A stretch of DNA of 63,470 nucleotides, the filler included, from Bigelowiella natans CCMP2755 (Eukaryota; Protista; Cercozoa), in the NCBI GenBank assembly GCA_000320545.1. It is 5 parts of 5 records of this genome, joined end to end, with 100 filler letters (N's around TTAATTAATTAA, not from the genome) between each part and the next. Parts side by side here need not be neighbours in the genome. Positions count along the whole stretch, not along the records: positions 60,869 to 63,470 come from ADNK01003328.1; 4 more parts are not named here. One strand, 5' to 3'. Positions 63,436 through 63,470 of the stretch are shown here, piece by piece. Each line of letters begins with the position of its first letter. The first letter of the stretch is position 1. The translations under genes were made by a program, and so were the position numbers. Below the pieces are notes generated by a model. The model worked only from the letters and a program-made list of their open reading frames with translations. It did not search any database and was not told the DNA's origin.

Positions 63436-63470
<35 letters not shown>
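58757..63470 (-). CDS. TBC-domain Rab GTPase-activating protein; spans a gap and continues beyond the window
   Basis: EERCFWLLTSM; LPGLMSHLERHQVLPLMYAMEWFTTLFVYSLPSKTVWEVWDLLMLQG...VGVAIL; DTLLKGHPEKLLEILR. Further upstream minus-strand exons to ~63330, whose linkage across the gap is assumed. Confidence 0.8.
61363..62584. mobile_element. Non-autonomous DNA transposon / MITE with ~300-bp terminal inverted repeats (Tc1/mariner-like TA|CAG ends), intronic
   Basis: 61367-61664 is the reverse complement of ~62295-62579, with the first ~60 bp perfect. The right end reads CTG|TA and the left end TG|CAG. No transposase ORF. A 31-bp tandem duplication lies in the right arm. Confidence 0.8.
61853..61918. 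repeat. Perfect 29-bp hairpin with 8-nt loop
   Basis: GATCCGACCGAAAAGAAGCGTAAGGAGTT-tttctacg-AACTCCTTACGCTTCTTTTCGGTCGGATC. Confidence 0.95.

Larger units (their letters stand above)
283..63470. repeat. Pervasive intronic microsatellites: (TA)n, (CT/GA)n, (CA/TG)n, poly-C/G, (CAT)n, (CAA)n, (TAG)n, (GCT)n
   Basis: Directly visible in most introns, e.g. 9951-10030, 21123-21220, 37830-37940, 44090-44180. Absent from the LTR element. Confidence 0.97.

Noticed and set aside
1-63470. tRNA/rRNA genes
   Set aside because: No cloverleaf or rRNA-like sequence was recognised by eye. tRNAscan/Infernal would be needed to exclude them.

Overview
Intron-rich eukaryotic nuclear scaffold from a protist. 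The gene architecture and a bipartite-looking presequence would fit a chlorarachniophyte/rhizarian-type alga, but that is low-confidence inference. Four nominal 100-nt assembly gaps carry a TTAATTAATTAA linker. About 14 multi-exon genes are present: a GTPase-like 3' end, divergent actin-related protein, amidase, F-box/LRR protein, EF-hand protein, acidic PIP-box protein, alpha/beta hydrolase, small secreted protein, giant coiled-coil/WW protein, fatty alcohol oxidase-type GMC enzyme, small putative plastid-targeted protein, ArpA/HalD-like 2OG-Fe(II) oxygenase, DUF4185-like protein and a TBC RabGAP. There is also a young Ty3/Gypsy LTR retrotransposon and a long-TIR non-autonomous DNA element. 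Two signals stand out. (1) Discrete domains are almost devoid of TpA: by eye, 3 TpA in about 4.7 kb at 39170-43855 and none in about 2.9 kb, introns included. Surviving TpAs sit almost only in CTA/TAG context, and repeat copies differ by TA versus CA/TG. This suggests a regional, context-specific TpA->CpA/TpG mutator, opposite in direction to fungal RIP. (2) The Gypsy integrase ends in a DIRS/phage-Dam-like N6-adenine methyltransferase-like domain, apparently degenerate, where a chromodomain often sits, and the element has inserted into a TpA-depleted patch. All counts and splice models were made manually.
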